From Arenicellales bacterium (lineage in GTDB: Bacteria; Pseudomonadota; Gammaproteobacteria; Arenicellales; JAJDZL01), in the NCBI GenBank assembly GCA_965200645.1, contig CBDAUN010000001.1, positions 86,492 through 150,491 of the forward strand: a stretch of 64,000 nucleotides of DNA, given 5' to 3'. The position numbers and the translations under genes were made by a program. Shown here piece after piece: positions 30,217 to 40,794 of the stretch. The notes beneath the pieces were generated by a model, which had not been told where the DNA came from, searched no databases, and saw only the letters and a list, made by a program, of their open reading frames with translations. The number at the start of each line of letters is the position of its first letter. Position 1 is the first letter of the stretch.

Positions 30217-31209
30217 CTATTGTTCGCCAGCGTGTTGTTGGGAAAACGCTTGGTAAAGTTTCGGGTTTTGTTGGATCAGCCAGAGTAACTCACCTACAGA
30301 AATACCCGAACTTGTGGTAGTTTTCCATTCCGGGTAAGTCATGCCAGTATCCAGAATAAATCTGGTGCCCACAGTTCGGTACTTGCTGAAGTCATCCTGC
30401 TGATGAAGGGTAATGACTTCATTTTTGTAGATGTAGACATAAATTTCCCGACCATCATGCAGCAAAATTGGACTTACCTGTGGGATACCATCAAAAAATC
30501 GTGATACAACACCAAGTCTAACTAATTCTCTGTGGTTGTCTCCATGACAATCAAGTTGCTTCAAAGCGTCACAGATTACGCCGTGCGGAACCAACACAAA
30601 CTGCCAACCTGCATATTGATCTTCACTATTTTCCTGAACTACTGCAAAATCAAACTCTTCGACTTCACGACTAGTTGAATTTACAGTAAAGATCGCAACT
30701 GGATTGTCTTTTGGGTCAAATATGATTCTGATTTCATGCTTTCCAGAAACAAACTCCTGATAGTATCCTCGAGCCGCTTCTCTATCCTTAAGACAGTTGT
30801 TAAAAAAATCTCTGCCAAATTTTCGCAGTTGAATTTCACTTTCTGGTTGAGCCATGTAGTAATTTTCAGATAACTCAATCTGTTCATCACCGAACTGTAA
30901 ATTTTTTCTCGAGTTCAATGATTTCAGAACAAGGAAAAAATTTTTAGCTGATTTATTGAACTGGTCAACATCATGCGCCAGGCTATCGAGAAGTTTGTTC
31001 GCAGCGTGTCTTACGACCGAATCTTCCGAATTTTTGAGCTTTGTTGCCTGTATTGCGGCATGTAGGGAATTCACTGCAGTGTCAGTATTGAATCGCGGAT
31101 TTATTCGAACCCATTCAGTTAGTTCATCTTTGAACTTTTGAAAGTCCTTGCAATCCTTGACGACGCTTTCAAATTCCTTGAATTTAATATTGAGTGATAC
31201 CGTTGTCAT
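30217..31209 (-). CDS. Hypothetical protein (orphan, no recognisable domain)
   Basis: Long clean 330-aa ORF with no signal peptide or TM segment. No motif I can place. Confidence 0.5.
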   Translation of the reverse strand: MTTVSLNIKFKEFESVVKDCKDFQKFKDELTEWVRINPRFNTDTAVNSLHAAIQATKLKNSEDSVVRHAANKLLDSLAHDVDQFNKSAKNFFLVLKSLNSRKNLQFGDEQIELSENYYMAQPESEIQLRKFGRDFFNNCLKDREAARGYYQEFVSGKHEIRIIFDPKDNPVAIFTVNSTSREVEEFDFAVVQENSEDQYAGWQFVLVPHGVICDALKQLDCHGDNHRELVRLGVVSRFFDGIPQVSPILLHDGREIYVYIYKNEVITLHQQDDFSKYRTVGTRFILDTGMTYPEWKTTTSSGISVGELLWLIQQNPKLYQAFSQQHAGEQ

Positions 31210-32026
31210 GGTTTTACCTTTGTTATGTGCTGATAAGGGTTTAATGAAACCTTAAGCCGCCTGGTTGCAGCTAACATTTTTTAATTCTTGGCTTGCGCCT
31301 CGAAGGACTTCGCTTGGATAAATCTTGGACTGCTTGAGATTAGTGAAAGTTGCAAATAGCGAAGCCTACAACCTGCATTAACCTCTGACCCTAATCTTGA
31401 AAAGTTCAATAGATTGTCACAGACTACACGAAGCCAGTACTAGCTTTTGACGCTTGAGCAATCAATTTTATGATTCGTGATTGTTTTGTCAATGAGTACT
31501 ACGACAATATATGACGCATATAACTAATTCTAAAGATTTCTGTATTGCAGGAGAGGAAAATTTATAGCCCGGTGTAACCGGGGAATTTAGTGAACTACTG
31601 CTTTAGTCACTACTTCCTGCACCAAAGTTACCAATCAGGTTTTTTTGAAGGTGCGAAAGTGAGGATTAGCACGTTCAACATCATACTACTCACTGTTTAA
31701 TGAGTAGAAAATATTTTTAAATCCGGCGGCAAAGAGTGATGAGTGCTATTGTGTCGGAAGTGCTGCATAGATTTTCAAGTATCTCGATTAACCAGCCGGT
31801 GGATGTTTTGTACTCGTGCTTATACCTTCAAAGTGCATTCATTGAGTTTACGAGTGATTAAACTAATAAAAAATTTACAGTGGTTAACAACTCTCACGCT
31901 TTTGTAAGTTATTTTCTGAAAGGTTGGTTAATGTCAACTTCTGTCCTGTTTTTCGTTTTTTCAAATAAAGTTCAGTTCGCATAAAATATGCCATTAATCC
32001 TTGTCTTTTCGACCTTCTTTTTGTAA

Positions 32027-33076
32027 ATGAATATTAACCTATCGCGTAAGGCTGTTGCGCTTGTTTCTGGCGGACTTGATTCCATGCTGGCTGTGAAAAT
32101 CATTCAAGAGCAAGGTGTTCAGGTCGAGGGAATCAATTTTTTTACCGGATTCTGTGTAGAAGGACATACGCATGCGATCCGAAAAAGGAAGCGGGACAAG
32201 CATTTACGTAATAACGCACTTTGGTCGGCTGAACAACTTGGAATTAAGTTGCACATCATCGATGTAATCGAACCCTATAAGCAAGTCGTTCTCAACCCCA
32301 AGCATGGTTACGGAGCTAACCTCAATCCATGTCTTGACTGCAAGTCGTTTATGGTCGGTCGCGCTCGCGAATGGATGCAGGAGCATGACTTTGACTTCAT
32401 CATCACGGGCGAAGTCATTGGCCAAAGACCGAAGTCTCAACTAAGCCACAACTTTCCAGTCGTCGCTCGAGAATCTGGCGTACATGACCGCTTGGTTCGA
32501 CCACTTAGTGCCAAACTGCTCCCCGAAACATTACCTGAACAGGAAGGTTGGATAGACCGCGAGAAATTATTCGGCTTCTCTGGCAGAAGTCGGAAGGGAC
32601 AAATGGCCCTGGCGGCACAATTTGGATTTACTGACTATGCGCAACCAGCGGGTGGGTGTTGCTTTCTGACGGATGAATCGTACTCGCGAAAAATGCGAGA
32701 CCTTTGGCAGCATCGAGGCGAAAGAGCATACGAATTTGATGACGTAATGCTGCTTAAAGTAGGACGTCACCTCAGACCAAAACCTGAATGGAAAGTGATA
32801 ATTGCGAGAGACTCCGGTGAATCGCAATATTTGAACGGCTATCGAAATCAATATCCCCATTTGGCAATTGTCAGTCACTCAGGACCGGTCTCGATAATTG
32901 ATGGCACTATTCCCGAGAGTGACTTGGAAATGGCCGCTAGTTTGGTTGCAAGATTCGGTAGCTCTCGAAATGTGGATGAAGTCGAAGTTCGCTATACAGA
33001 TAGCAACGGAAAGTCGCGAATGCTGTCAGTAGCACCCATGAACCCCAATGATATTCCACAGCCATGGTATGTGTAG
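32027..33076 (+). CDS. PP-loop ATP pyrophosphatase, MnmA/ThiI-like thiolase (sulfurtransferase) family, substrate unknown
   Basis: 349 aa. The PP-loop SGGLDS sits at residues 14-19 with no N-terminal THUMP region. It has a CxxC in NPCLDCKSF and a Cys pair in PAGGCCFLTD. The order of blocks parallels MnmA (SGGVDS ... NPDILCN ... GICF). Confidence 0.7.
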   Translation: MNINLSRKAVALVSGGLDSMLAVKIIQEQGVQVEGINFFTGFCVEGHTHAIRKRKRDKHLRNNALWSAEQLGIKLHIIDVIEPYKQVVLNPKHGYGANLNPCLDCKSFMVGRAREWMQEHDFDFIITGEVIGQRPKSQLSHNFPVVARESGVHDRLVRPLSAKLLPETLPEQEGWIDREKLFGFSGRSRKGQMALAAQFGFTDYAQPAGGCCFLTDESYSRKMRDLWQHRGERAYEFDDVMLLKVGRHLRPKPEWKVIIARDSGESQYLNGYRNQYPHLAIVSHSGPVSIIDGTIPESDLEMAASLVARFGSSRNVDEVEVRYTDSNGKSRMLSVAPMNPNDIPQPWYV

Positions 33077-33294
33077 ACGCAGTACTAGATGTCAGGCATC
33101 TGCTTTGTCCCTTACCTGTAATTCGCACGCAAGACAGGGTTGCACGACTGACTCCAGGACAAGTCCTTGAAGTAGTTTGTACAGACCCTGGCGCGCTGGT
33201 TGACATTCCGTCTTGGTGCAGGGTACACGGTCACGAAGTACTATCGACCGAAACCAATGAAGATGAGTCCATCGTACGATTAAGGGTGTCGTAA
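33064..33294 (+). CDS. tusA: TusA/SirA-family sulfur carrier protein
   Basis: 76 aa. DVRHLLCPLPVIRT carries the conserved Cys-Pro motif. The ATG at 33064 lies 13 nt inside the upstream PP-loop gene (translational coupling). Confidence 0.8.
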   Translation: MVCVDAVLDVRHLLCPLPVIRTQDRVARLTPGQVLEVVCTDPGALVDIPSWCRVHGHEVLSTETNEDESIVRLRVS

Positions 33295-33317
33295 ATCCAG
33301 CTAGTCGCACAATACAA

Positions 33318-33350
33318 AGTTTCGCTCAGTTAGAGGAATTAAGCGAAACT
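33318..33350 (+). terminator. Hairpin downstream of tusA-like gene (9-bp perfect stem AGTTTCGCT/AGCGAAACT, 15-nt loop)
   Basis: Inverted repeat read directly. There is no T-tract, so terminator function is uncertain. Confidence 0.3.
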
Positions 33351-33472
33351 CAATCAGGGACTAAGTGATAATCCGACCATTGCCCACCCAAATCTCCCAG
33401 TTAAAACTCTTCCATACGATTTGTTTAGAATAATTAAATTGTCCACTTTTAACGTTTAAACTCACATCACCA

Positions 33473-33489
33473 CGCACCGTTTTGGTGCA
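33473..33489 (+). promoter_or_regulatory. NtrC (enhancer) binding site candidate 1 upstream of glnA
   Basis: CGCACCGTTTTGGTGCA compared with the consensus TGCACCA-N3-TGGTGCA. Confidence 0.6.
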
Positions 33490-33503
33490 TTAGATTCTAA
33501 TCT

Positions 33504-33520
33504 CGCACTATAATGGTGCA
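33504..33520 (+). promoter_or_regulatory. NtrC (enhancer) binding site candidate 2 upstream of glnA
   Basis: CGCACTATAATGGTGCA. Its centre is 31 bp from site 1 (about three helical turns), as in the E. coli glnAp2 enhancer. Confidence 0.6.
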
Positions 33521-33567
33521 ATTCGCACTCCATGCAGTCAATAACTTCCATAATGTGTGGCTAAAAC

Positions 33568-33583
33568 TGGCATGATTATTGCT
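33568..33583 (+). promoter_or_regulatory. sigma54 (-24/-12) promoter candidate for glnA
   Basis: TGGCATGATTATTGCT compared with TGGCAC-N5-TTGCW. GG/GC spacing is correct, and it lies about 65 nt upstream of the glnA ATG. Confidence 0.65.
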
Positions 33584-33646
33584 GTAATTTATTTGTTTAA
33601 ACAATTTTTTACGATACCTACACACTAAATATCAAGGAGAATCAAC

Positions 33647-35056
33647 ATGTCAGTTGAAAATGCGATGAAGGCGATCAAGGATTCGGGCGCAAAGTTCGTC
33701 GATCTGAGATTTACCGATACGCGCGGCAAAGAACAGCACTTGTCTATGGCGGCAGCTGAATTTAATGAGTCCGCCTTCGAAAGCGGAATTATGTTTGATG
33801 GATCTTCAATCGCGGGTTGGCGTCCGATTGATGAATCCGATATGGCTTTGAGACCCGACCCCTCCACGGCAATGCTGGATCCCTTTGCACAGGAAACCAC
33901 CATGCTGATACGCTGCAACGTATTTGAGCCAGTATCCGAAGAGTTTTATGACAAGTGCCCTCGCAGTATTGGTAGAAAGGCTGAGGATTATTTGACATCA
34001 ACCGGAATTGCAGACACAGCGTTCTTTGGTCCGGAAGCTGAATTTTTCGTATTCGACGGCGTGCGGTGGAACAATCAGATGAATAGTGCCTTTTACGAAA
34101 TACTTTCGTATGAAGGTGCCTGGAATTCTTCACAGAGCTTTGATGAAGGACCAAACATGGGGCATCGCCCAGGTGTTAAGGGTGGTTACTTTCCCGTCCA
34201 GCCGGTAGATTCAATGCAGGATTTACGTACCGCCATGTGCCAGGCCATGTCAGACATGGGGATTGTCGTAGAAAAACATCACCACGAAGTTGGAACAGCC
34301 GGTCAGGGAGAAATCGGCATACGCTACGGCACCCTGGTCAATCAGGGCGATGCGATTCAGGCCTACAAGTATTGCGTTCACAATGTCGCTCATGTCCATG
34401 GCTTGACTGCGACATTTATGCCAAAACCTTTGGTCGGCGATAACGGCTCCGGAATGCATGTGCATCAGTCCTTGTCCAAAGGGAGTGACACCGTATTCGC
34501 AGGTGATGAATATGGAGGCTTGAGCAAGACAGCACTACATTACATAGCTGGTGTCTTCAAACATGCTAGAGCCATTAATGCTTTTACCAATCCCACTACC
34601 AATAGTTATAAGCGCTTGGTACCAGGATTTGAAGCACCGGTTCTTTTGGCATATTCGGCACGCAACCGTTCCGCCTCTTGCCGAATTCCGTTTTCGCCAG
34701 TCTATTCAACTCGAATTGAAGTTCGATTTCCGGACCCGTCAGCAAATCCGTATCTTGCCTTCGCGGCAATGCTGATGGCGGGTCTTGACGGCATTAAGAA
34801 CGAGTTAGATCCCGGCGCACCGCATGATGAGGATTTGTATGAGTTATCTCCACAGGACGAAGCAAAGATCCCGCATGTCGCTGCTTCACTAGGGCAGGCA
34901 TTGGATGCATTGGATGGTGATAGGGACTTCCTCAAAGCCGGTGGTGTGTTCACCGATGACATGATCAGTTCATACATTGAGCTGAAACAGGAAGAAGTGG
35001 ATGCGTTGCGACTTGCAACACATCCAATCGAATATCAGATGTATTACAGCGTGTAG
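33647..35056 (+). CDS. glnA: Glutamine synthetase, type I
   Basis: 469 aa with GS-I blocks ([53 protein letters not shown]). The adenylylation-site Tyr context is conserved ([11 protein letters not shown]). Confidence 0.95.
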   Translation: MSVENAMKAIKDSGAKFVDLRFTDTRGKEQHLSMAAAEFNESAFESGIMFDGSSIAGWRPIDESDMALRPDPSTAMLDPFAQETTMLIRCNVFEPVSEEFYDKCPRSIGRKAEDYLTSTGIADTAFFGPEAEFFVFDGVRWNNQMNSAFYEILSYEGAWNSSQSFDEGPNMGHRPGVKGGYFPVQPVDSMQDLRTAMCQAMSDMGIVVEKHHHEVGTAGQGEIGIRYGTLVNQGDAIQAYKYCVHNVAHVHGLTATFMPKPLVGDNGSGMHVHQSLSKGSDTVFAGDEYGGLSKTALHYIAGVFKHARAINAFTNPTTNSYKRLVPGFEAPVLLAYSARNRSASCRIPFSPVYSTRIEVRFPDPSANPYLAFAAMLMAGLDGIKNELDPGAPHDEDLYELSPQDEAKIPHVAASLGQALDALDGDRDFLKAGGVFTDDMISSYIELKQEEVDALRLATHPIEYQMYYSV

Positions 35057-35065
35057 GTTCTACTC

Positions 35066-35096
35066 GCCCGGACGGCGATGCCGTCCGGGCACTTTT
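35066..35096 (+). terminator. Rho-independent terminator after glnA
   Basis: GCCCGGACGGC-gat-GCCGTCCGGGC, a perfect 11-bp stem, followed by ACTTTTGT. Confidence 0.8.
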
Positions 35097-35219
35097 GTGA
35101 AACTAAAGCGGGTTACAAATCGCATCGGTATTTTGCGCAACACAAAAACGGCTGGAAATCTTGCGATGATTTGATATCAAAACTCAACTGAGTGGTAAAC
35201 CAACACCATTTCACCCCCA

Positions 35220-36293
35220 TTGGATTCTTTACCTCAGCCAAGTCCAAACCCATTGAACGATCTACTCGACAATTTGAGCACAGCGGTCATCGCTTGTGAT
35301 GTGGACCTTAATATTTTGCAAATCAATCCCGCAGCGCAGTCGCTGTTTGACATCAGCAAGAAGAAAGCTCTCAATGCCAATGTAATGAGGTTCTTTGAGC
35401 ATCCAGATTCGCACAAAACGCTATGCTTCAGCATCACAAGTTCCCAGCCAACCATCCTGAGACACACTGATATTCGAGACTCCAATCACCGACCAAAACT
35501 TGCCGACTGCATTCTTACCCCCGTTAAGACCAGCGATGCGGAGTACCTGCTACTTGAGTTCAACGAAATCGACAGTCGCACAAAACAAGCACTTGACGAC
35601 TCAATGGACCGCAGCCAGACCGCTAACAATGCAGTGATTAGAGGCGTTGCCCACGAAATTAAAAACCCGCTGGGTGGTTTGCGTGGCGCTGCGCAACTAC
35701 TTGACCGCGAGTTGAACGAACATCCTCACCTAAAAGACTATACGAGAATCATCGTTCAAGAGACTGACCGGCTATGCAATTTGATTGACGCAATGTCGAG
35801 TCCTCAGTTACCCATGAACTTGAAATCCGAGAACATTCATGAAATTCTTGAGCATGTTCGAATTTTGCTTCTGGCTGAAGTGTCCAATGGTATCAAGATT
35901 CAACAGGATTACGATCCCAGTCTGCCACCGGTATTGGGTGATCGAGAACAATTAATTCAGGCATTTCTCAACATCGCCCGTAATGCAATTGAAGCAAGTG
36001 GTGAGCATGGCGTATTGGAATTTCGAACCCGTGTAGCTCGACAAGTCACTATTGACTCCATCAGGCATCAAAGATCTGCTCGTATTGAACTGATAGATCG
36101 AGGACCGGGAATTCCATCGGACATTTTGGATCACGTGTTTTATCCAATGATTTCGGGCAAGGCCAATGGTGATGGTTTAGGGCTGTCAATAGTGCATAGG
36201 ATTGTAAAGCGTCACGGCGGACACATCAGCTGTGAAAGTAAGCCGGGAAGAACCTGCTTTACCATTCACTTGAAATTCTCCGGGTCAGGTTAA
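35220..36293 (+). CDS. glnL: Nitrogen regulation sensor histidine kinase NtrB (GlnL)
   Basis: 357 aa with a PAS-like N-terminus, H-box HEIKNPLGG, N-box NIARNAIEA, and G-boxes DRGPGI / GLGLSIV. TTG start taken from the track. Confidence 0.85.
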   Translation: MDSLPQPSPNPLNDLLDNLSTAVIACDVDLNILQINPAAQSLFDISKKKALNANVMRFFEHPDSHKTLCFSITSSQPTILRHTDIRDSNHRPKLADCILTPVKTSDAEYLLLEFNEIDSRTKQALDDSMDRSQTANNAVIRGVAHEIKNPLGGLRGAAQLLDRELNEHPHLKDYTRIIVQETDRLCNLIDAMSSPQLPMNLKSENIHEILEHVRILLLAEVSNGIKIQQDYDPSLPPVLGDREQLIQAFLNIARNAIEASGEHGVLEFRTRVARQVTIDSIRHQRSARIELIDRGPGIPSDILDHVFYPMISGKANGDGLGLSIVHRIVKRHGGHISCESKPGRTCFTIHLKFSGSG

Positions 36294-36346
36294 AGTGATC
36301 TCACTGTACATATTTTTAAAACAAAGTTATCGAAGGGCTAAGTTCC

Positions 36347-37765
36347 ATGGAAAAGTCTGTTTGGATTGTTGACGACGACCAATCGATTCGCTGGGTCTTG
36401 GAACAGGCACTAAAGAAGGAGGGCATTGAGTCACAGACTTTCTGTGACGCCCCGGCTGCTATGGAAGCGTTGCAGTCTCGACAACCTTCCGTAGTGGTTA
36501 CCGATATTCGAATGCCAGACATTGATGGCTTGGAATTTTTGGACATTCTTCACCGGCAAATTCCGGATTTACCGGTAGTCGTGATGACTGCATATTCCGA
36601 TCTCGATACGACTGTAGACTCATTCCAACGAGGTGCTCAGGAGCATTTGCCGAAACCTTTTGATATTGATGAAGCAGTAACTTTGATTCGAAGACTGTTG
36701 GAAGGTTCGTCAGCAGCCACGCTCAACGATGCAAAGGAGGAAACTCCATTACAAACCAAGATAATTGGTAATTCACCGCAAGTGCAACGCGTATTTCGTG
36801 CGGTTGGGAGACTTTCGAAGTCGGACTTAAACGTGTTAATAACCGGTGAATCGGGCACGGGAAAGGAGCTTGTCGCAAGAGCAATATATTCCAGCAGTAT
36901 TCGTCAAAATCGACCATTCGTCGCAATCAATGCTGCAGCCATTCCAGCGGACTTGTTAGAGTCAGAACTGTTTGGCCATGAAAAGGGGGCATTTACGGGA
37001 GCAAACCAGCGTCGTATTGGTCGCTTTGAACAAGCTGACGGTGGCACTTTGTTCTTGGATGAGATCGGAGACATGCCACACGACTTGCAAAGTCGCTTAC
37101 TGAGGGTATTGTCCGAAGGGAAATTTTTTCGGGTAGGAGGGGTCAATCAAATATCGGTAAATGTCCGAGTAATTGCTGCAACAAATCAAGACTTGGAAGA
37201 ACTGATTGAACTTAAACAGTTTCGATCAGATCTTTATCACCGGTTGAATGTAGTACGAATTCCCTTGCCACCAATACGAGAGCGCTCCGAGGACATTCCA
37301 CCACTGGTGGAGCACTTCCTTAGGGAGGCAGCCATTCAACTGAATATTGAAGAAAAGACGGTTTCCGATGAAGCAATGCAGAAACTAACGGCCTACTCCT
37401 GGCCGGGCAACGTTCGAGAGATTGAGAATGTTTGCCGAATGGTCACCGTCATGACACCTTCGAATACGATCACGGCCAGTGACCTTCCTTTAGCTGCGGA
37501 TGACCAATCACCATCCGGCGAGCGGAGCAATTTTTCGGCGGAACACTACGATTGGGAAAAACCTCTTATACGTTACTTGTCTTTGGTTTTGAAAGAAGAC
37601 GGTGAGGACCAAGCTGCGGCTCAACTACGCGACCGATTTGAAACTTTGATGATTACGACCGCACTGGAAAAGACTCGTGGGTCCCGTCACAAGGCAGCGA
37701 CTCTTCTTGGTTGGGGAAGAAACAAATTATCTAGAAGAATTTTGGAACTGAAAATTTCTGCCTGA
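36347..37765 (+). CDS. glnG: Nitrogen regulation response regulator NtrC (GlnG), sigma54 activator
   Basis: 472 aa. Receiver domain (VVVTDIRMPDIDG), AAA+ domain (GESGTGKE, GAFTGA, ESELFGHEKG) and a C-terminal Fis-type HTH. Confidence 0.9.
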   Translation: MEKSVWIVDDDQSIRWVLEQALKKEGIESQTFCDAPAAMEALQSRQPSVVVTDIRMPDIDGLEFLDILHRQIPDLPVVVMTAYSDLDTTVDSFQRGAQEHLPKPFDIDEAVTLIRRLLEGSSAATLNDAKEETPLQTKIIGNSPQVQRVFRAVGRLSKSDLNVLITGESGTGKELVARAIYSSSIRQNRPFVAINAAAIPADLLESELFGHEKGAFTGANQRRIGRFEQADGGTLFLDEIGDMPHDLQSRLLRVLSEGKFFRVGGVNQISVNVRVIAATNQDLEELIELKQFRSDLYHRLNVVRIPLPPIRERSEDIPPLVEHFLREAAIQLNIEEKTVSDEAMQKLTAYSWPGNVREIENVCRMVTVMTPSNTITASDLPLAADDQSPSGERSNFSAEHYDWEKPLIRYLSLVLKEDGEDQAAAQLRDRFETLMITTALEKTRGSRHKAATLLGWGRNKLSRRILELKISA

Positions 37766-37944
37766 TTCGAAATCTTGGGACAGTTAAATCTCCCGCTTGC
37801 AGTGAATTTACTGAGTCTCACAACCTTAAAATCAGATTCAAAAATTACCACAAATTTTAGGAATTTTAGATAATAGTTCGGGTTGCTTGATTTACTCAAA
37901 ATCACGGCAGTAATTTTGAACCTAAACTTGAAGAAATAAATTTC

Positions 37945-39123
37945 ATGCCACGATACAAGTTCACCTCTGAATCGGTTTCAAAAGGCCATCCTGATAAGGT
38001 GTGCGATCAGATTTCCGATGCCGTACTGGATGCCGCACTTGAGCAAGAACCGAACAGCAAGGTCGCTTGCGAGACTCTCGTAAAGTCCAAGTCAGAAAAC
38101 CATCAATTACAACATCACGTCATCATAGCTGGTGAAATCACAACCTCTAAAGAGCTGGACTACAAAAAAATCGCTCAAAGTGTCATCAAAGATATTGGTT
38201 ACGATGCAGACCAGTGGGGCTTTAAACATGATTGCGCTGAAATTACCTTGTTGGTTAATGAACAGGCCAAGAATATACAGGCAGGTGTTGAAAAGGGTGA
38301 CACCGAGAGTCAAGGTGCCGGTGACCAAGGATTGATGTTTGGTTTTGCGTGTGATGAAACTGACGTTTTGATGCCATGGCCGATTACCTATGCACATCGA
38401 CTCGTGCAAAAGCAAGCTGAAGTTCGCAAATCTTCAGGGTTTGAATGGATGGGGCCTGATGCCAAGTCCCAGGTAACTGTCGAGTACGATGGTAACGAAC
38501 CTGTTCGGGTTGATACTGTAGTCCTTTCAACTCAACATCGAAAGGACATAGATTTAGAACAGGTTCGTGAAGCAGTTATTGAGGAAATCATCGAACCAGT
38601 GATTCCACCCGCTATGATGTGCGACCCCGAACGAATTAAAGTAAACCCAGCAGGTGAATTTTTTATCGGAGGCCCGGAAGCTGACTGTGGTCTTACCGGA
38701 CGAAAAATTATCGTGGATACTTATGGTGGTATGTCACGGCATGGTGGCGGAGCTTTTTCCGGAAAAGATCCCTCAAAGGTTGATCGGTCCGCAGCATACG
38801 CCATGCGTCACGTAGCAAAAAACATTGTTGCCGCAAAAATTGCTAAACGTTGTGAAGTTCAAGTTTCCTACGCTATTGGTGATGCTAAACCCACTTCGGT
38901 GATGGTGAATACCTTCGGAACCGGAATTTGCGACGACGAAAAAATAGAAAAAGCAGTATCCGAAGTGTTTGATCTGCGACCCGGCGTAATAATTCGCAAT
39001 CTTCAACTTAAACGTCCAATCTATCAAAACACCGCAGCATATGGTCACTTTGGCCGGGAAGAAGACTCGTTCACGTGGGAATTAACTGACAAGGTGGATG
39101 AACTTTTAGATTTCTGCACATAA
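37945..39123 (+). CDS. metK: S-adenosylmethionine synthetase
   Basis: 392 aa with [25 protein letters not shown] and [16 protein letters not shown]. Confidence 0.95.
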   Translation: MPRYKFTSESVSKGHPDKVCDQISDAVLDAALEQEPNSKVACETLVKSKSENHQLQHHVIIAGEITTSKELDYKKIAQSVIKDIGYDADQWGFKHDCAEITLLVNEQAKNIQAGVEKGDTESQGAGDQGLMFGFACDETDVLMPWPITYAHRLVQKQAEVRKSSGFEWMGPDAKSQVTVEYDGNEPVRVDTVVLSTQHRKDIDLEQVREAVIEEIIEPVIPPAMMCDPERIKVNPAGEFFIGGPEADCGLTGRKIIVDTYGGMSRHGGGAFSGKDPSKVDRSAAYAMRHVAKNIVAAKIAKRCEVQVSYAIGDAKPTSVMVNTFGTGICDDEKIEKAVSEVFDLRPGVIIRNLQLKRPIYQNTAAYGHFGREEDSFTWELTDKVDELLDFCT

Positions 39124-39168
39124 CTAACGAAAACGAAGTATTAAATACACTGTGAACCAGGGAAGAAT

Positions 39169-40479
39169 ATGACCGTAGCACTAAAGGAAGTATCTCAAGA
39201 CTACAAAATAGCCGACATCAGTCTCGCTGATTGGGGGCATAAGGAAATTGCAATTGCAGAAACTGAAATGCCCGGCTTGATGGCCTTGCGTGAAAAGTAT
39301 GCAAAGCAAAAACCGCTTGAAGGTGCCCGCATTGCCGGTTGCCTGCATATGACCATCCAAACAGCAGTTTTAATTCGCACCCTTGTAGAACTCGGGGCTG
39401 AAGTACGTTGGTCATCGTGCAATATTTTTTCTACTCAAGATCATGCAGCTGCGGCAATTGCAGATCAACAAGTCCCTGTATTCGCTTGGAAAGGCGAAAC
39501 TGAAGAAGAATATTGGTGGTGTGTTGAACAAACCATATTTGGTCCCAATGGATGGCAACCGAATATGCTGCTGGACGATGGTGGTGACTTAACGCAAGTC
39601 ATGCATGATAAGTACCCGGACCTCATGAAGTCGGTTCGAGGACTTACTGAAGAGACTACTACAGGCGTACACCGACTCTACGAAATGGTCAGCAAAGGCA
39701 ACCTATTGTGTCCGGCATTCAACGTTAACGACTCGGTTACCAAGAGCAAGTTTGATAACCTTTACGGCTGTAGAGAATCACTACTCGATGGAATAAAGCG
39801 AGCTACAGATGTGATGATTGCCGGCAAAACTGCGGTTGTCTGCGGCTACGGTGATGTTGGCAAAGGTTGCGTACAGTCCCTGCGTGGCCAAGGTGCAAAC
39901 GTGCTCGTCACAGAAATCGACCCGATTTGCGCCCTGCAGGCAGCGATGGAAGGCTATCAAGTTGTAACTATGGAACAAGCAGCGCCCATCGCGGACATTT
40001 TCATTACTGCGACTGGTAACTGGCACGTGATTACGTTGGAGCACATGAAAATAATGAAGAATCAAGCGATTGTGTGCAACATTGGTCACTTTGATGGCGA
40101 GATTGATATTAAATCACTTCGAAAATATCAGTGGGAAAACATCAAACCGCAAGTCGACCACGTCATTTTCCCGGACGGGAAGCGACTTATCATCCTTGCA
40201 GAAGGTCGCTTAGTTAATCTCGGTTGTGCAACAGGGCATCCCAGTTTTGTGATGTCGAATTCATTTACCAACCAGGTCATCGCCCAGATCGAACTTTGGA
40301 CCAATCCTGACAATTACGATATCGATGTTTACGTGTTGCCGAAAGCACTAGACGAAGAAGTAGCGCGGCTACATCTGGATAAAATTGGAGTTAACTTGAC
40401 ACACCTCACGCAAGAGCAGGCAGAATACATCGGCGTTCCGGCTGAAGGTCCGTTTAAACCGGAATACTATCGCTACTAA
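39169..40479 (+). CDS. ahcY: Adenosylhomocysteinase
   Basis: 436 aa with the [13 protein letters not shown]-terminus, NAD site GYGDVGKGC, and the C-terminal ..PFKPEYYRY. Confidence 0.95.
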   Translation: MTVALKEVSQDYKIADISLADWGHKEIAIAETEMPGLMALREKYAKQKPLEGARIAGCLHMTIQTAVLIRTLVELGAEVRWSSCNIFSTQDHAAAAIADQQVPVFAWKGETEEEYWWCVEQTIFGPNGWQPNMLLDDGGDLTQVMHDKYPDLMKSVRGLTEETTTGVHRLYEMVSKGNLLCPAFNVNDSVTKSKFDNLYGCRESLLDGIKRATDVMIAGKTAVVCGYGDVGKGCVQSLRGQGANVLVTEIDPICALQAAMEGYQVVTMEQAAPIADIFITATGNWHVITLEHMKIMKNQAIVCNIGHFDGEIDIKSLRKYQWENIKPQVDHVIFPDGKRLIILAEGRLVNLGCATGHPSFVMSNSFTNQVIAQIELWTNPDNYDIDVYVLPKALDEEVARLHLDKIGVNLTHLTQEQAEYIGVPAEGPFKPEYYRY

Positions 40480-40587
40480 ATTACTTTTCGCGTACTGTCA
40501 GGATTTTCGCCTTTAAAGAACTAAAGGCAAACCTGCCACTACCCTAAAAATGCTGTAGCCTCAGTCGTCTGATTGAGGCTGACGTGT

Positions 40588-40794
40588 TTATGCTGATAGA
40601 TCAGGTAGTAATTGGCTTTCTAAAATTGCGATTGAATCCTTCAACTGCAATTTTCTCTTTTTCAATCGTCTGATCTGTAATTCATCAACATTGCGGTCAG
40701 TGGCCAATCGATTCAAAACATCGTCGAGATCGCGATGTTCTGACTTCAATTTATTGATTCTCTGCTGTATATCCTCAGAACTATTTTCAAGCAT
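40588..40794 (-). CDS. YdcH/DUF465-like small coiled-coil protein
   Basis: 68 aa. The pattern LKSEHRDLDDVLNRL...DELQIRRLKKRKLQLKDSI matches the family as I recall it. Confidence 0.6.
   Translation of the reverse strand: MLENSSEDIQQRINKLKSEHRDLDDVLNRLATDRNVDELQIRRLKKRKLQLKDSIAILESQLLPDLSA

Noticed and set aside
31740-31862. 41-codon ORF (MSAIVSEVLHRFSSISINQPVDVLYSCLYLQSAFIEFTSD) in the AT-rich interval.
   Set aside because: No RBS and no similarity. It is mentioned only within the finding on the ORF-free interval.
37766-37944. Possible SAM or SAH riboswitch upstream of metK / ahcY, and a Moco riboswitch upstream of moaA (8809-8941).
   Set aside because: I could not find the conserved cores I remember for SAM-II/SAM-V, SAH or Moco motifs. 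The metK-ahcY spacer is only 45 nt. A covariance-model scan would be decisive, but there is nothing to report by eye.
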